Shown here: piece by piece, positions 1 through 7,844 of the stretch | Numbering within the stretch: position 1 is the stretch's first letter | Layout: every line of letters begins with the position of its first letter | Assembly: GCA_964405755.1 (NCBI GenBank) | Contig: CAYOPF010000001.1 | Location: 44,311-63,701 of the forward strand | DNA from: an uncultured Chloroherpeton sp. | GTDB lineage: Bacteria; Bacteroidota; Ignavibacteria; Kapaibacteriales; UBA2268 | Direction: 5' to 3' | DNA length: 19,391 nucleotides | The notes under the pieces: generated by a model | Seen by the model: the letters and a program-made list of their open reading frames with translations, nothing else | The model's database searches: none | Told to the model about the DNA's origin: nothing | Position numbers and translations under genes: made by a program

Positions 1-222
1 GGAAATGAGCATTCTGGGGTTTCGGAAGAAGCATTTTCGCTTGCCGATGGGAATTTTTTAATACCTCAGGTAGGGATGGTGCAAAGCCTAAACATCTCGG
101 TTGCTGCTGCAATAAGCGTTTACGAAGTGTTTCGCCAAAAAAGGATAGCGGGACATTATCGCCAATCAAAACTACCCGAAAGCACCTTCAATTCGCTACT
201 TAAGGAATGGTTGCTTAAATAA
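1..222 (+). CDS. 3' end of a SpoU/TrmH-family RNA 2'-O-methyltransferase. The start lies upstream of the window.
   Basis: Frame 1 is open from the window edge to the TAA at 220-222. Its translation ends '...GNEHSGVSEEAFSLADGNFLIPQVGMVQSLNISVAAAISVYEVF...', which matches SpoU methylase motif 3 (IPMxGxxxSLNVSVAAAI). Confidence 0.7.
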   Translation, partial: GNEHSGVSEEAFSLADGNFLIPQVGMVQSLNISVAAAISVYEVFRQKRIAGHYRQSKLPESTFNSLLKEWLLK

Positions 223-759
223 TTAAGGTTTTTTGAGTGCCTCAAGCATCATCTCTTCTACTTTAACAGGATATTTAAGATTGTTGCTTATCACATATCG
301 GAGTGTATCGATAAAATTATAGTATGGCACACCGTTTCTTAAATATACAATTTCGGGTAAGTAGTTTATTTTGCAAATGTTTGAGTATGGGTTTGGATTG
401 GAACGAGAACTCATTGCAAACATTTCCCAATTTTTTCTGTTCAATTTCATGTCTTTTTCGAGGTCGAGGAGAATTTTGGCAACTTGAGCAAATTCTTTTT
501 TCTCGTCGGGGCAAGAACAAGCAGCACGGGCGAATATTACAAATTTATCACGATTGGTATCGACTAATGCTTTAATCTGGGAATAAGTTGCTGCGTCCTG
601 CTGATAATTAACCAACACCTCGTTCACCCATGTATAGCCTGGAGTACTCAGCATTTCCTCGATTGTCATCGGAACAGCATCGGGCTCGACTATATTTTCG
701 TCGCACGATATCGAGAAAAGAAATACTACAGCTAACAATGTATTTACAAGAAACTTCAT
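223..759 (-). CDS. Probable thioredoxin-fold lipoprotein with a non-canonical C-S-C active-site motif.
   Basis: The track ORF is 223..849, but the real start is most likely the internal ATG at 759-757. A GGAG sits 7 nt upstream of it and a TAATTTTG box 23 nt upstream. 'MKFLVNTLLAVVFLFSISC' is a signal peptide ending in Cys. 'KFVIFARAACSCPDEKKEFAQVAKIL' followed by '...LPEIVYLRNG' fits a thioredoxin beta1-active site-alpha1 layout with a cis-Pro strand. Confidence 0.55.
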   Translation of the reverse strand: MKFLVNTLLAVVFLFSISCDENIVEPDAVPMTIEEMLSTPGYTWVNEVLVNYQQDAATYSQIKALVDTNRDKFVIFARAACSCPDEKKEFAQVAKILLDLEKDMKLNRKNWEMFAMSSRSNPNPYSNICKINYLPEIVYLRNGVPYYNFIDTLRYVISNNLKYPVKVEEMMLEALKKP

Positions 760-782
760 TCCGAACTCCAAATAATTAGATA

Positions 783-790
783 CAAAATTA
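783..790 (-). promoter_or_regulatory. TAnnTTTG-type -7 box (TAATTTTG on the minus strand), 23 nt upstream of the lipoprotein ATG.
   Basis: The reverse complement of 783-790 is TAATTTTG. Its position relative to the start codon recurs at other genes in this window. Confidence 0.3.
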
Positions 791-832
791 AGAAAATGTA
801 ATGAAATTTTTAACTTTTCTGTATTATATTCA

Positions 833-840
833 TATTTTTG
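833..840 (+). promoter_or_regulatory. TAnnTTTG-type -7 box (TATTTTTG), 27 nt upstream of the ATG at 868.
   Basis: Direct match in the divergent AT-rich intergenic region 760-867. Confidence 0.3.
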
Positions 841-867
841 TACCTTCATTTTTTTTAATTATACCTT

Positions 868-2367
868 ATGAGACAAAGTTATTTATTTCTTTTAACATCT
901 TTGATTACTTTTTGTTCTATTCATAACGCATTTTCCTACTATCTGATTGGTGAAACGATTAAAGGCACTACTTACTATCACACTAAGGATCTTTATGACA
1001 GTTTAGAGTTCATATCCGTTTTCGATAGTAAGAACCATATTGCACCAATTTCAATCTCACAGAAAGTCAAGTATTTTAATCCAATTGAGCAACCAGATTT
1101 AACAGTTATTCAAGTTGATTATACAATAGATATTCCTTCCGATTTCAACTACAACGATTCTTTGTTTATTATTGGTGGAAAAACACGAAAACAGTACGAT
1201 GTAACTTATAATTACCCCTTTTTTATTTTAAAAACTATTCCTATTTCTAACTTAGAAATCATTTATCCCAAGAATAATACCAAAGACATTGAATTAGTAC
1301 TTACTTTACGATGGCAAGAAGAACTCAACCCAGCTATTAGGTCTTATGAGCTACAAGTTTCCAAACATAGTGATTTTTCTGAATTAATAGTTGATACTTT
1401 ACTTTTTAACCCACAATTTACTTTTATCAATGAGTTAGAACCTTTAAAAGTATATCATTGGAGAGTTAAAACAGACTTCAGGCACAATACTGTCGGCTAT
1501 ATTTCTGCAAGTTTTGTAACAGGTCTCAAAATGGTTTGGCAAAAATGTACAATTGATCAATATCATCATGCTGCAGATTTGGAACTAATAAATTCTAATC
1601 GATTGCTGATAAGCGACCATCAAGTTGGTTTTCGAATTTCAGACGACTTTGGTCAGTCTTGGGAAAACATCAATTTACCAAATAATGTAACCAGTAAAAT
1701 TATGCATGTTGATGAGGATACTGTTTTAGCAGCCACTTATGATTTGACCGATGATAGATTTAAAATATTAAAATCAATCAATAACGGTTCATCTTGGAGT
1801 ACAGTTTTTACATTTCCTTATACTAATTCTTACTCGATTGATGGCAAATTTCATTATCAAATTAAAAATGGCAGGTTTTATGTTGCTTTTTTAAATAATA
1901 TTTACGAATTTAACGACCTCACTTTATCGAGTTTACAAAAAATATACAACCACGATACTTCTTTTATCAAATCGTTTGTGTTTTTGGACGAAGATAAAAT
2001 TATGGCAGTTACAGAACCCCGCTATTTAAAAAATGATGTTGATTTTGGAGAAATATTAATTATAAATATAAAGCATAATTCAATTAAAAAAATTGCTGAC
2101 AAATTTGAAGATATTAATTTTTATTACAGGTCAATTAATATTCTGGAAAATAATTTTCTTGTTGTAACTGCATTCGATATTGCTCAAAACAATTCATATT
2201 TTTTTGTATCGAAAGATCCTAGATCAACATGGGAAAAAACGTTCGAAATCCCTGATGGAGAAGTTATTAAGACTATTACAACTTTTGATAGTAAATTAAT
2301 TTCTATATTAAAAAGCAAAAAAATACTCAATCATTCAATCCGAAGACTATGCATCAAACTGGATTAA
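868..2367 (+). CDS. N-terminal 499-aa fragment of a secreted BNR-repeat / FN3-like protein. It is probably one gene with 2414..3061, disrupted by a frameshift.
   Basis: ATG start, signal peptide 'MRQSYLFLLTSLITFCSIHNA'. An FN3-like segment carries 'VYHWRVKTDF'. BNR (Asp-box) repeats are 'SDDFGQSW' and 'SINNGSSWST'. The frame ends in the junk tail '...NHSIRRLCIKLD*' immediately after an A7 run. Confidence 0.6.
   Translation: MRQSYLFLLTSLITFCSIHNAFSYYLIGETIKGTTYYHTKDLYDSLEFISVFDSKNHIAPISISQKVKYFNPIEQPDLTVIQVDYTIDIPSDFNYNDSLFIIGGKTRKQYDVTYNYPFFILKTIPISNLEIIYPKNNTKDIELVLTLRWQEELNPAIRSYELQVSKHSDFSELIVDTLLFNPQFTFINELEPLKVYHWRVKTDFRHNTVGYISASFVTGLKMVWQKCTIDQYHHAADLELINSNRLLISDHQVGFRISDDFGQSWENINLPNNVTSKIMHVDEDTVLAATYDLTDDRFKILKSINNGSSWSTVFTFPYTNSYSIDGKFHYQIKNGRFYVAFLNNIYEFNDLTLSSLQKIYNHDTSFIKSFVFLDEDKIMAVTEPRYLKNDVDFGEILIINIKHNSIKKIADKFEDINFYYRSINILENNFLVVTAFDIAQNNSYFFVSKDPRSTWEKTFEIPDGEVIKTITTFDSKLISILKSKKILNHSIRRLCIKLD
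2317..2323 (+). other. A7 homopolymer at the frameshift junction between the two halves of the T9SS cargo gene.
   Basis: Frame 2 is already open from 2312 and reads '...KAKKYSIIQSEDYASNWINLTSNIPKDYFATEVKLFNDSTLFYVG...', which contains another BNR repeat (SEDYASNW). Removing one A from the run joins frame 1 to frame 2 seamlessly. Confidence 0.5.
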
Positions 2368-2413
2368 TCTCACAAGTAATATCCCTAAGGATTATTTTGC
2401 TACTGAAGTAAAA

Positions 2414-3061
2414 TTGTTTAACGATAGTACTTTATTCTATGTTGGAACACATAATAGTTTGTATTACACTAATATTCGTAACCCTCAAAAAATGATTGTA
2501 TATCCTCTTGATAGATTATCAGAAAATCCAGCGAAAATAGTATTCAGCTGGAAACAAAACTCAAGAGCAGAAAAATATCAAATCAAAGTTGCCGAAAATC
2601 AGGAATTTATTAAGAAAAAGTCTATTGATGATGAAGAATATTATCTAGATCAAGAAACCACTGATAATTCAATTGAATTACATAACTTTCTTCTACATAA
2701 AACATATTACTGGAGAATAAGACCCTACTATGAGAACAAATGGATGGGTTGGAGCAGTGTTTACAAATTCGAAATTGTGAGTAGTGTCTCAGTTCCACAA
2801 TTAAAAAGTGGAAATATGGTGGTCTATCCAAATCCTACTCAAAATTTTATTAAGGTTTACAAAAGTTATTCAAATTCAGGATCAACAAATCAGAACGACA
2901 ACTCAAGAATTGCAATCTATACGGAAACAGGTAGAAAAATACTTAATTACACTTATCTACAGACTAATGAGATTATCGAAATCAATTTAAGTAATTTGGA
3001 CAATGGTGTTTATTTTCTCACAATAGATAATGACTGGCAAGTAATTTACTTGTTAAAATAA
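2414..3061 (+). CDS. C-terminal fragment of the same protein: BNR repeat, second FN3-like domain and a T9SS C-terminal sorting domain.
   Basis: The '2414 start' is a TTG in the track, and the frame is open back to 2312. It contains 'TYYWRIRPYY', paralleling the first FN3-like domain. The C-terminus 'VVYPNPTQNFIKVY...GRKILNYTY...NGVYFLTIDNDWQVIYLLK' is a typical Por/T9SS type-A sorting domain. Confidence 0.6.
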   Translation: MFNDSTLFYVGTHNSLYYTNIRNPQKMIVYPLDRLSENPAKIVFSWKQNSRAEKYQIKVAENQEFIKKKSIDDEEYYLDQETTDNSIELHNFLLHKTYYWRIRPYYENKWMGWSSVYKFEIVSSVSVPQLKSGNMVVYPNPTQNFIKVYKSYSNSGSTNQNDNSRIAIYTETGRKILNYTYLQTNEIIEINLSNLDNGVYFLTIDNDWQVIYLLK

Positions 3062-3901
3062 TCACTTCATTAAATATTTTTCGGCTGCCTGATAAACAGC
3101 GTGACCTTGCTCTGGTACTGTAAGAACTGCAACTATTCTTATCCACTGAGGCCTCCAATCTGCGTTTGCAGGTATTTGCTTGTTCAATGATTTTGTGAAT
3201 TCTTCATCTTTTTTAATTGCTTCGGTATTCAACTCAACGCCGAATGTGGGCGTTAGTGCATCGCGAACTATATTGTTATGCACAAAGTCGTATATATCGG
3301 GTGGGCTTTTGCGGTAATCTGTCTGATATTGAACAATTGAATCCTCAACTACATATAGAGTGATATTGAATTTATTGTTATTGCTTTCCAAAAATTTCAC
3401 TTTTACATCGCAGCTAATTGTTTTACTAGATTCATTATATTTTGGCGATAACTCTATCTTGGCAATTGCCGGGATTTTTAACCTCTCGATAACTGCTGCT
3501 TGCCAGTCGCTTTCGGGAAGAATTAGATTATCACTATATTTCACTCTATCTATAAGCCCATTGGGAGTGCCTACTCCCCAGCCAATATTGAAATAGTTTT
3601 CCAAATCTTTCATTGTTTGCGAAATAAAATTGTATTTATGTTGGGGGTTTGGCATTGCCAATGCACCTGCATGGATAGAAAGGAGAACTACATTATTGGG
3701 ATAAAGTTCCTTGATATGGTGGGCAATCTCACCAGCTGCCGGACAATTTCCGCATCTAAATCCAGTATATTCCTCCACCAGAACTACTCTTGCTGCCGTA
3801 TCCACATTTACATCTGGTTTTTCTTCGTAAGGTGGTTCTATAACATCGCAAGCCACAATAAGTATGCTCGTAATTATAATTATTGAAAAATATTTCAGCA
3901 T
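3062..3901 (-). CDS. Omp28-related thioredoxin-fold lipoprotein with a CGNC motif.
   Basis: ATG at 3901-3899. 'MLKYFSIIIITSILIVAC' is a lipoprotein-type signal. 'RVVLVEEYTGFRCGNCPAAGE' matches the thioredoxin-like CxxC motif pattern of Omp28-family outer-membrane lipoproteins. Confidence 0.5.
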   Translation of the reverse strand: MLKYFSIIIITSILIVACDVIEPPYEEKPDVNVDTAARVVLVEEYTGFRCGNCPAAGEIAHHIKELYPNNVVLLSIHAGALAMPNPQHKYNFISQTMKDLENYFNIGWGVGTPNGLIDRVKYSDNLILPESDWQAAVIERLKIPAIAKIELSPKYNESSKTISCDVKVKFLESNNNKFNITLYVVEDSIVQYQTDYRKSPPDIYDFVHNNIVRDALTPTFGVELNTEAIKKDEEFTKSLNKQIPANADWRPQWIRIVAVLTVPEQGHAVYQAAEKYLMK

Positions 3902-3926
3902 AATAATTCGGATTTTTTGATAATTA

Positions 3927-3934
3927 CAAATTTA
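3927..3934 (-). promoter_or_regulatory. TAnnTTTG-type -7 box (TAAATTTG on the minus strand), 25 nt upstream of the ATG at 3901.
   Basis: Reverse complement of 3927-3934. Confidence 0.3.
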
Positions 3935-3947
3935 CTAATAAATTTCT

Positions 3948-3955
3948 TAAATTTG
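3948..3955 (+). promoter_or_regulatory. TAnnTTTG-type -7 box (TAAATTTG), 28 nt upstream of the ATG at 3984.
   Basis: Direct match in the divergent intergenic region 3902-3983. Confidence 0.3.
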
Positions 3956-3983
3956 GTTTAATTTTTGCATACTAAATAAAAAA

Positions 3984-4706
3984 ATGAAAGAAATGTACAA
4001 AATATTACTTTGTTTATTAGCTTTTTTGCTGTATAGTTGTGCGGTTTCGTCTCCTTCGTCGATGAAATCTGCAAAGAAACCCACAACTATTAAAAGCAAC
4101 ATGGATACGATTGCAACTGAATCGAAAAATCAACAACCTAAAGGAAAATCAAAATCCAATCCTAAACCTATTGACAACAAAACAAAAACAAAAAAAGAGG
4201 AAGATAAACAAACGCAAGTTACTCCGCCAAAACCAAAAATCCGCTTCGAAGATACTACTAAAATCGAAATGGAACCAATTTATGCCTTAAAACAAAACCA
4301 AGCCAATACAAAAATCAATACAAAAAATCCTATCGAAAAAGAAATCGAAGCCGCAAATAAGTTATTGGAAAATGGAGAATTGGACAAAGCAAAAGATAAA
4401 TTCTTAATCCTTGTTGCCACCTTGCCCTATGGTGATTCGCTGTACTATGAAGCAAAGTTTGGAGAGATTGAATGTTTGGTTGCCCAAAATAATATAAATC
4501 CTGCAAAAACATTATTGTTGGAACTGAATAAGGATGAAAACATCAATTCCGAGACAAAGGAAAAGACCTTGGTTCGCTTGGGACAGATTGAGTGCATACA
4601 AAACAATCAAAATGCTGCGGAAAACTATTTTAACCAACTTAGGAACGAGTTTCCTCGTTCAATTTATTTAAAAGTTGCCAACTGCAACTTCCTAAAAAAG
4701 AAATAA
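3984..4706 (+). CDS. Lipoprotein with a K/T/P/N-rich low-complexity linker and a TPR-like C-terminal region.
   Basis: 'MKEMYKILLCLLAFLLYSCAVSS' is a signal peptide with Cys. A low-complexity stretch reads 'KSKSNPKPIDNKTKTKKEEDKQTQVTPPKPK'. The C-terminal 'AANKLLENGELDKAKDKFLIL...YYEAKFGEIECLVAQNN...AENYFNQLRNEFP' is helical and TPR-like. Confidence 0.5.
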   Translation: MKEMYKILLCLLAFLLYSCAVSSPSSMKSAKKPTTIKSNMDTIATESKNQQPKGKSKSNPKPIDNKTKTKKEEDKQTQVTPPKPKIRFEDTTKIEMEPIYALKQNQANTKINTKNPIEKEIEAANKLLENGELDKAKDKFLILVATLPYGDSLYYEAKFGEIECLVAQNNINPAKTLLLELNKDENINSETKEKTLVRLGQIECIQNNQNAAENYFNQLRNEFPRSIYLKVANCNFLKKK

Positions 4707-4744
4707 ATATTGCCCGACCCCTAAACGCATTGTCATTCTGTATT

Positions 4745-5425
4745 TTACTGCAATTCTATAGTTTCGCCATATTCCATAACTTTGGCATTCAATCCTTTAG
4801 CAATTGCTTTTTCAGCAAATTCGTCGGGATTAGCTTTTATCACAGGAAATGTATTGTAGTGAATTGGAATAACCAATTTGGGGTTAACAAATTCGGCGGC
4901 TTTAACAGCATCGTCGATACCCATAGTAAAATTATCGCCTATCGGAACCAAAAACACATCAATATCCTCGGATTCACCAATCAGTTTCATATCCATAAAT
5001 AAACCTGTATCTCCCGAATGGTATATTTTTTTTCCACCAATTGTAATTATTACTCCAGCGGGCTCACCCATGTATTCATTTTCGTCGTTGGACGATCCAT
5101 GGTGGGCAACAGTAAACTTAACTTTACCAAATGGAAAATTAAAACTGCCACCTATATGCATATTGTGGGCTTTAGCTCCGTTTCGCGAAACATAATTGGC
5201 AAGTTCGTTCACTGCAATAACCAGTGCATTGTTCTTTTCCGCAATTTGTAAAGTGTCGCCAAAGTGGTCGCCATGAGCATGGGTTAGCACGATAAATTTG
5301 GCTTCCACATCTTGCCATTTAATTGTACAAGTGGGATTGCCAGTGATAAATGGGTCGATGATTACTTGGTTTGAACCATCATCTAAAATAACCGCAGAAT
5401 GACTTAAATACCGTAATTTTAACAT
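4745..5425 (-). CDS. UPF0173-family metal-dependent hydrolase (metallo-beta-lactamase fold).
   Basis: The track ORF starts at the TTG at 5440. The ATG at 5425-5423 has a GGAG 8-9 nt upstream and is the likelier start. The N-terminus 'MLKLRYLSHSAVIL...IDPFITGNP' and the 'LTHAHGDHFGD' HxHxDH motif are typical of this family. Confidence 0.75.
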   Translation of the reverse strand: MLKLRYLSHSAVILDDGSNQVIIDPFITGNPTCTIKWQDVEAKFIVLTHAHGDHFGDTLQIAEKNNALVIAVNELANYVSRNGAKAHNMHIGGSFNFPFGKVKFTVAHHGSSNDENEYMGEPAGVIITIGGKKIYHSGDTGLFMDMKLIGESEDIDVFLVPIGDNFTMGIDDAVKAAEFVNPKLVIPIHYNTFPVIKANPDEFAEKAIAKGLNAKVMEYGETIELQ

Positions 5426-5482
5426 ATAATTTTTCTCCAATTTTTGTTTTTATAAAAGAACAACGTGAAAAATTATTGTAAG

Positions 5483-5517
5483 TGCTATATAAATAATCAA
5501 GAATTTATTATATAGCA
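5483..5517. promoter_or_regulatory. Perfect 10-bp inverted repeat TGCTATATAA-N15-TTATATAGCA, a candidate operator in the divergent promoter region.
   Basis: 5483-5492 is the exact reverse complement of 5508-5517. It lies 58 nt upstream of the hydrolase ATG (5425) and about 220 nt upstream of fliL. Confidence 0.3.
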
Positions 5518-5685
5518 ATATTCTATAGTTTTGTCTATTATTCACCAAAATTACAATAATATACTAATCAATGCGAGCGAAATGTTCTATCAAATCAATA
5601 TCTAAAGAATTTATGCGTTATAAATTAATGAGTTATGAAATTAATAATAAATTGGCACAATTTTTACCAAATCTAATTTGTTGGA

Positions 5686-5712
5686 TAAAATTATGCTAAT
5701 TTTGACCGATAA
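5686..5712 (+). promoter_or_regulatory. Sigma28 (FliA)-type promoter TAAA-N15-aCCGATAA upstream of fliL.
   Basis: TAAA is at 5686-5689, then an exact 15-nt spacer, then ACCGATAA at 5705-5712, which is 7 of 8 against GCCGATAA. An AGGAAC RBS sits at 5724-5729 and the ATG at 5735. Confidence 0.55.
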
Positions 5713-5734
5713 CTAAAATACAAAAGGAACAAAA

Positions 5735-6361
5735 ATGTCGGAAGAATTACAAAAACAAGAACCAGAAATACCTAAGAAGAAAGAGAAAAAGCAAGGTGGC
5801 GGAGGATTATCCCTTCCAATGATGATAGTATTTGGAGTTGGAGGATTAGTTCTCGTTTTGGTTGCTGTTATTTTTGGTTACTTTATCGCAACAAAGTTAT
5901 TTCCAAGTCAGCCAGTAATTGTACAAGGTGTCCAACCAGTGGAACAAGTTCACAAGGAGAATCACGGAAAAGGAGAGGGCGAAGAAGAAAAGCCAGATAT
6001 GCACGATTTGCTTTATATGGAAATAGGCAGACTTACGACTAATCCCAAGGATGCTCCCTCGACCTTCGTTGTTGTAAATTTATCTTTTGAGTTTGCGCCA
6101 AAGAAAAAAGATGATGAAAATATGAAAGAATTAATCAAAGGTCACGAAGGGTTGAACTTAGAGCATCCAATTGTAAAGAAAATGCAAGGAAGAATTAAGA
6201 GTGGGTTGAATAACTTTTTGGCTTCGATGACTATGACTGAGTTGAACACGAAACGTCCAGAATTGCAAAAATTAGTTCTAGAATTGTTGAAACCAGCTTT
6301 CAAAGAATATGGTTTTAAATTATATAATGTTAGTTTATTAGAATTTATTATTCAGGAATAA
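5735..6361 (+). CDS. fliL: Flagellar basal-body-associated protein FliL.
   Basis: A charged N-terminus is followed by one TM helix ('LSLPMMIVFGVGGLVLVLVAVIFGYFIA') and a periplasmic domain with 'TFVVVNLSFEF'. Its position directly upstream of fliM/fliN also fits. Confidence 0.75.
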   Translation: MSEELQKQEPEIPKKKEKKQGGGGLSLPMMIVFGVGGLVLVLVAVIFGYFIATKLFPSQPVIVQGVQPVEQVHKENHGKGEGEEEKPDMHDLLYMEIGRLTTNPKDAPSTFVVVNLSFEFAPKKKDDENMKELIKGHEGLNLEHPIVKKMQGRIKSGLNNFLASMTMTELNTKRPELQKLVLELLKPAFKEYGFKLYNVSLLEFIIQE

Positions 6362-6399
6362 TATTTTTTAATTTTCTACAAAAACAATAAACATAGGAT

Positions 6400-7437
6400 A
6401 TGGCAGATTTATTATCACAAAATGAAATAGATAATCTGCTGTCAGAAATGACAAGTGGAAGGATCCAGGTCGAGGATGTAATTAGCGGTAAGTTTAAAAC
6501 ATCCGAAGTCAGTAATTATGATTTTCGCCGACCTAACCGTATATCTAAGAATCAGTTACGAACTTTACAAACAGTTCATGAGAATTTTGCAGAGGTTTTT
6601 GGTTATTATTTAGTATCCAAATTGCAGTCCTTGATATCGGTGGAAGTTACTTCGCTGGACCAGTTGTTCTATTCCGAGTTTATTCTGTCGGTATCCAATC
6701 CAAGCTGCCTTTATGTTTTCGATATCGTTGGAACAGACGGAAATGGTATATTGGAAATAAGCCCCCAATTAGCATTAGTAATTGTCGAAAAATTGTTAGG
6801 TGGCAGTGCCGACTCAATCCCAAAACCCCGCTCTATAACTCCAATAGAACAAGCCGTAATCAGAGGTTTGATAGAGCATGGCTTATCGGATTTGGGTAAT
6901 GCATGGAAATCGATATCCGAGATAAACTTCAGGTATTCACGCTTGGAGATGGAAGCAGACTTTGTGCAAGTGGCTCCATCATCGGAAATTGTATTGGTAG
7001 TATCGTTCGACGTGAATGTTGGAGTAAACACATACATGATGAATTTGTGTTTCCCTACTTTTGCATTAGAGGAAGTATTGACAAAGCTGAATCGCCAGCA
7101 AGTAACTTCGTCGAATGTAACGATACCGATGAAAAAACGTCGCGAGAATTTCCAGATGCTCCATAAGCAAATATCTACAACTTTCTTGCCAGTAGTTGCC
7201 GAACTGGCAAAGACATCCATCAAAGTTGGTGAATTGCTTTCTCTCGAATCTGGCGACATAATTAAATTAGATAAAAGAATCAACGAAGAAGTAGAAATTC
7301 TAATAAATGAAAAACGAAAATTAGCAGGTCGTCCGGGAAGTGTGGAAGGCAAAAAAGCAATACGCATAACCCGAGCTCTTAAAGAAGAGGATTTAATAGA
7401 ACAAGATTTAAGATTTAAACCAGAGGAACAAATATGA
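6400..7437 (+). CDS. fliM: Flagellar motor switch protein FliM.
   Basis: The N-terminus 'MADLLSQNEIDNLLSEM' is the conserved CheY-P-binding LSQxEIDxLL motif. Length is 345 aa, and there is a C-terminal SpoA-like segment. Confidence 0.9.
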   Translation: MADLLSQNEIDNLLSEMTSGRIQVEDVISGKFKTSEVSNYDFRRPNRISKNQLRTLQTVHENFAEVFGYYLVSKLQSLISVEVTSLDQLFYSEFILSVSNPSCLYVFDIVGTDGNGILEISPQLALVIVEKLLGGSADSIPKPRSITPIEQAVIRGLIEHGLSDLGNAWKSISEINFRYSRLEMEADFVQVAPSSEIVLVVSFDVNVGVNTYMMNLCFPTFALEEVLTKLNRQQVTSSNVTIPMKKRRENFQMLHKQISTTFLPVVAELAKTSIKVGELLSLESGDIIKLDKRINEEVEILINEKRKLAGRPGSVEGKKAIRITRALKEEDLIEQDLRFKPEEQI

Positions 7438-7832
7438 CAATGACACAGGATGAAATCGATGCTCTAATTGGCGGTGGTTTGGATGTTTCAGCAATCGATA
7501 CATTACCTGATGTGGATGAACCACAGTTGGAGCCCACCCCGAGTGAAGATATTAAAATTGAGGGAATAGACCCTAAACTTCAATTATTGTTAGATTTACA
7601 ACTACCTGTTTCAATCGAATTAGGTAGAACAAATATGCTTATTCGCGATATTTTGCGATTGGGCAGAGGCTCCGTTATCGAGTTTGATAAACTGGTGAGC
7701 GAACCAATTGATGTTTTAATAAACGGCAAGAAAGTTGCCGAAGGTGAAGTGGTTGTGATTGATAAACACTTTGGTATCAGAATTACAACTTTAATAGATC
7801 CGGCAGAAAGATTAAAATCGGCAAGGGGCTAA
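7434..7832 (+). CDS. fliN: Flagellar motor switch protein FliN (SpoA domain).
   Basis: It overlaps fliM by ATGA. A GAGGA RBS lies 7 nt upstream. 'MTMTQDEIDALIGG' and '...ELGRTNMLIRDILRLGRGSVIEFDKLVSEPIDVLINGKKVAEGEVVVIDKHFGIRI' form the classic FliN/SpoA core. Confidence 0.9.
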   Translation: MTMTQDEIDALIGGGLDVSAIDTLPDVDEPQLEPTPSEDIKIEGIDPKLQLLLDLQLPVSIELGRTNMLIRDILRLGRGSVIEFDKLVSEPIDVLINGKKVAEGEVVVIDKHFGIRITTLIDPAERLKSARG

Positions 7833-7844
7833 GATAGGATAAAT

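Noticed and set aside
223-849. Longer 208-aa version of the thioredoxin-fold lipoprotein starting at 849.
   Set aside because: The first 30 residues (MKVQKYEYNTEKLKISLHFLNFVSNYLEFG) precede the signal peptide, have no RBS, and overlap the divergent promoter region. The internal ATG at 759 with GGAG is the better start.
5653-5667. Sigma54-like element TGGCAC-N5-TTAC about 50 nt upstream of the sigma28 box.
   Set aside because: The -24 TGGCAC is perfect, but the critical -12 GC dinucleotide reads AC (TTAC instead of TTGC). I cannot tell whether this is functional without a genome-wide motif model, so I regard it as weak.
5613-5705. 30-codon ORF (MRYKLMSYEINNKLAQFLPNLICWIKLC) in the fliL upstream region.
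   Set aside because: It has no RBS, sits in an AT-rich region where short ORFs arise by chance, and overlaps the putative sigma28 promoter.
6711-7367. 218-aa ORF antisense to fliM.
   Set aside because: It lies entirely within, and antisense to, a confidently identified fliM. It has no start-site signals, and its amino-acid composition is typical of a shadow ORF.
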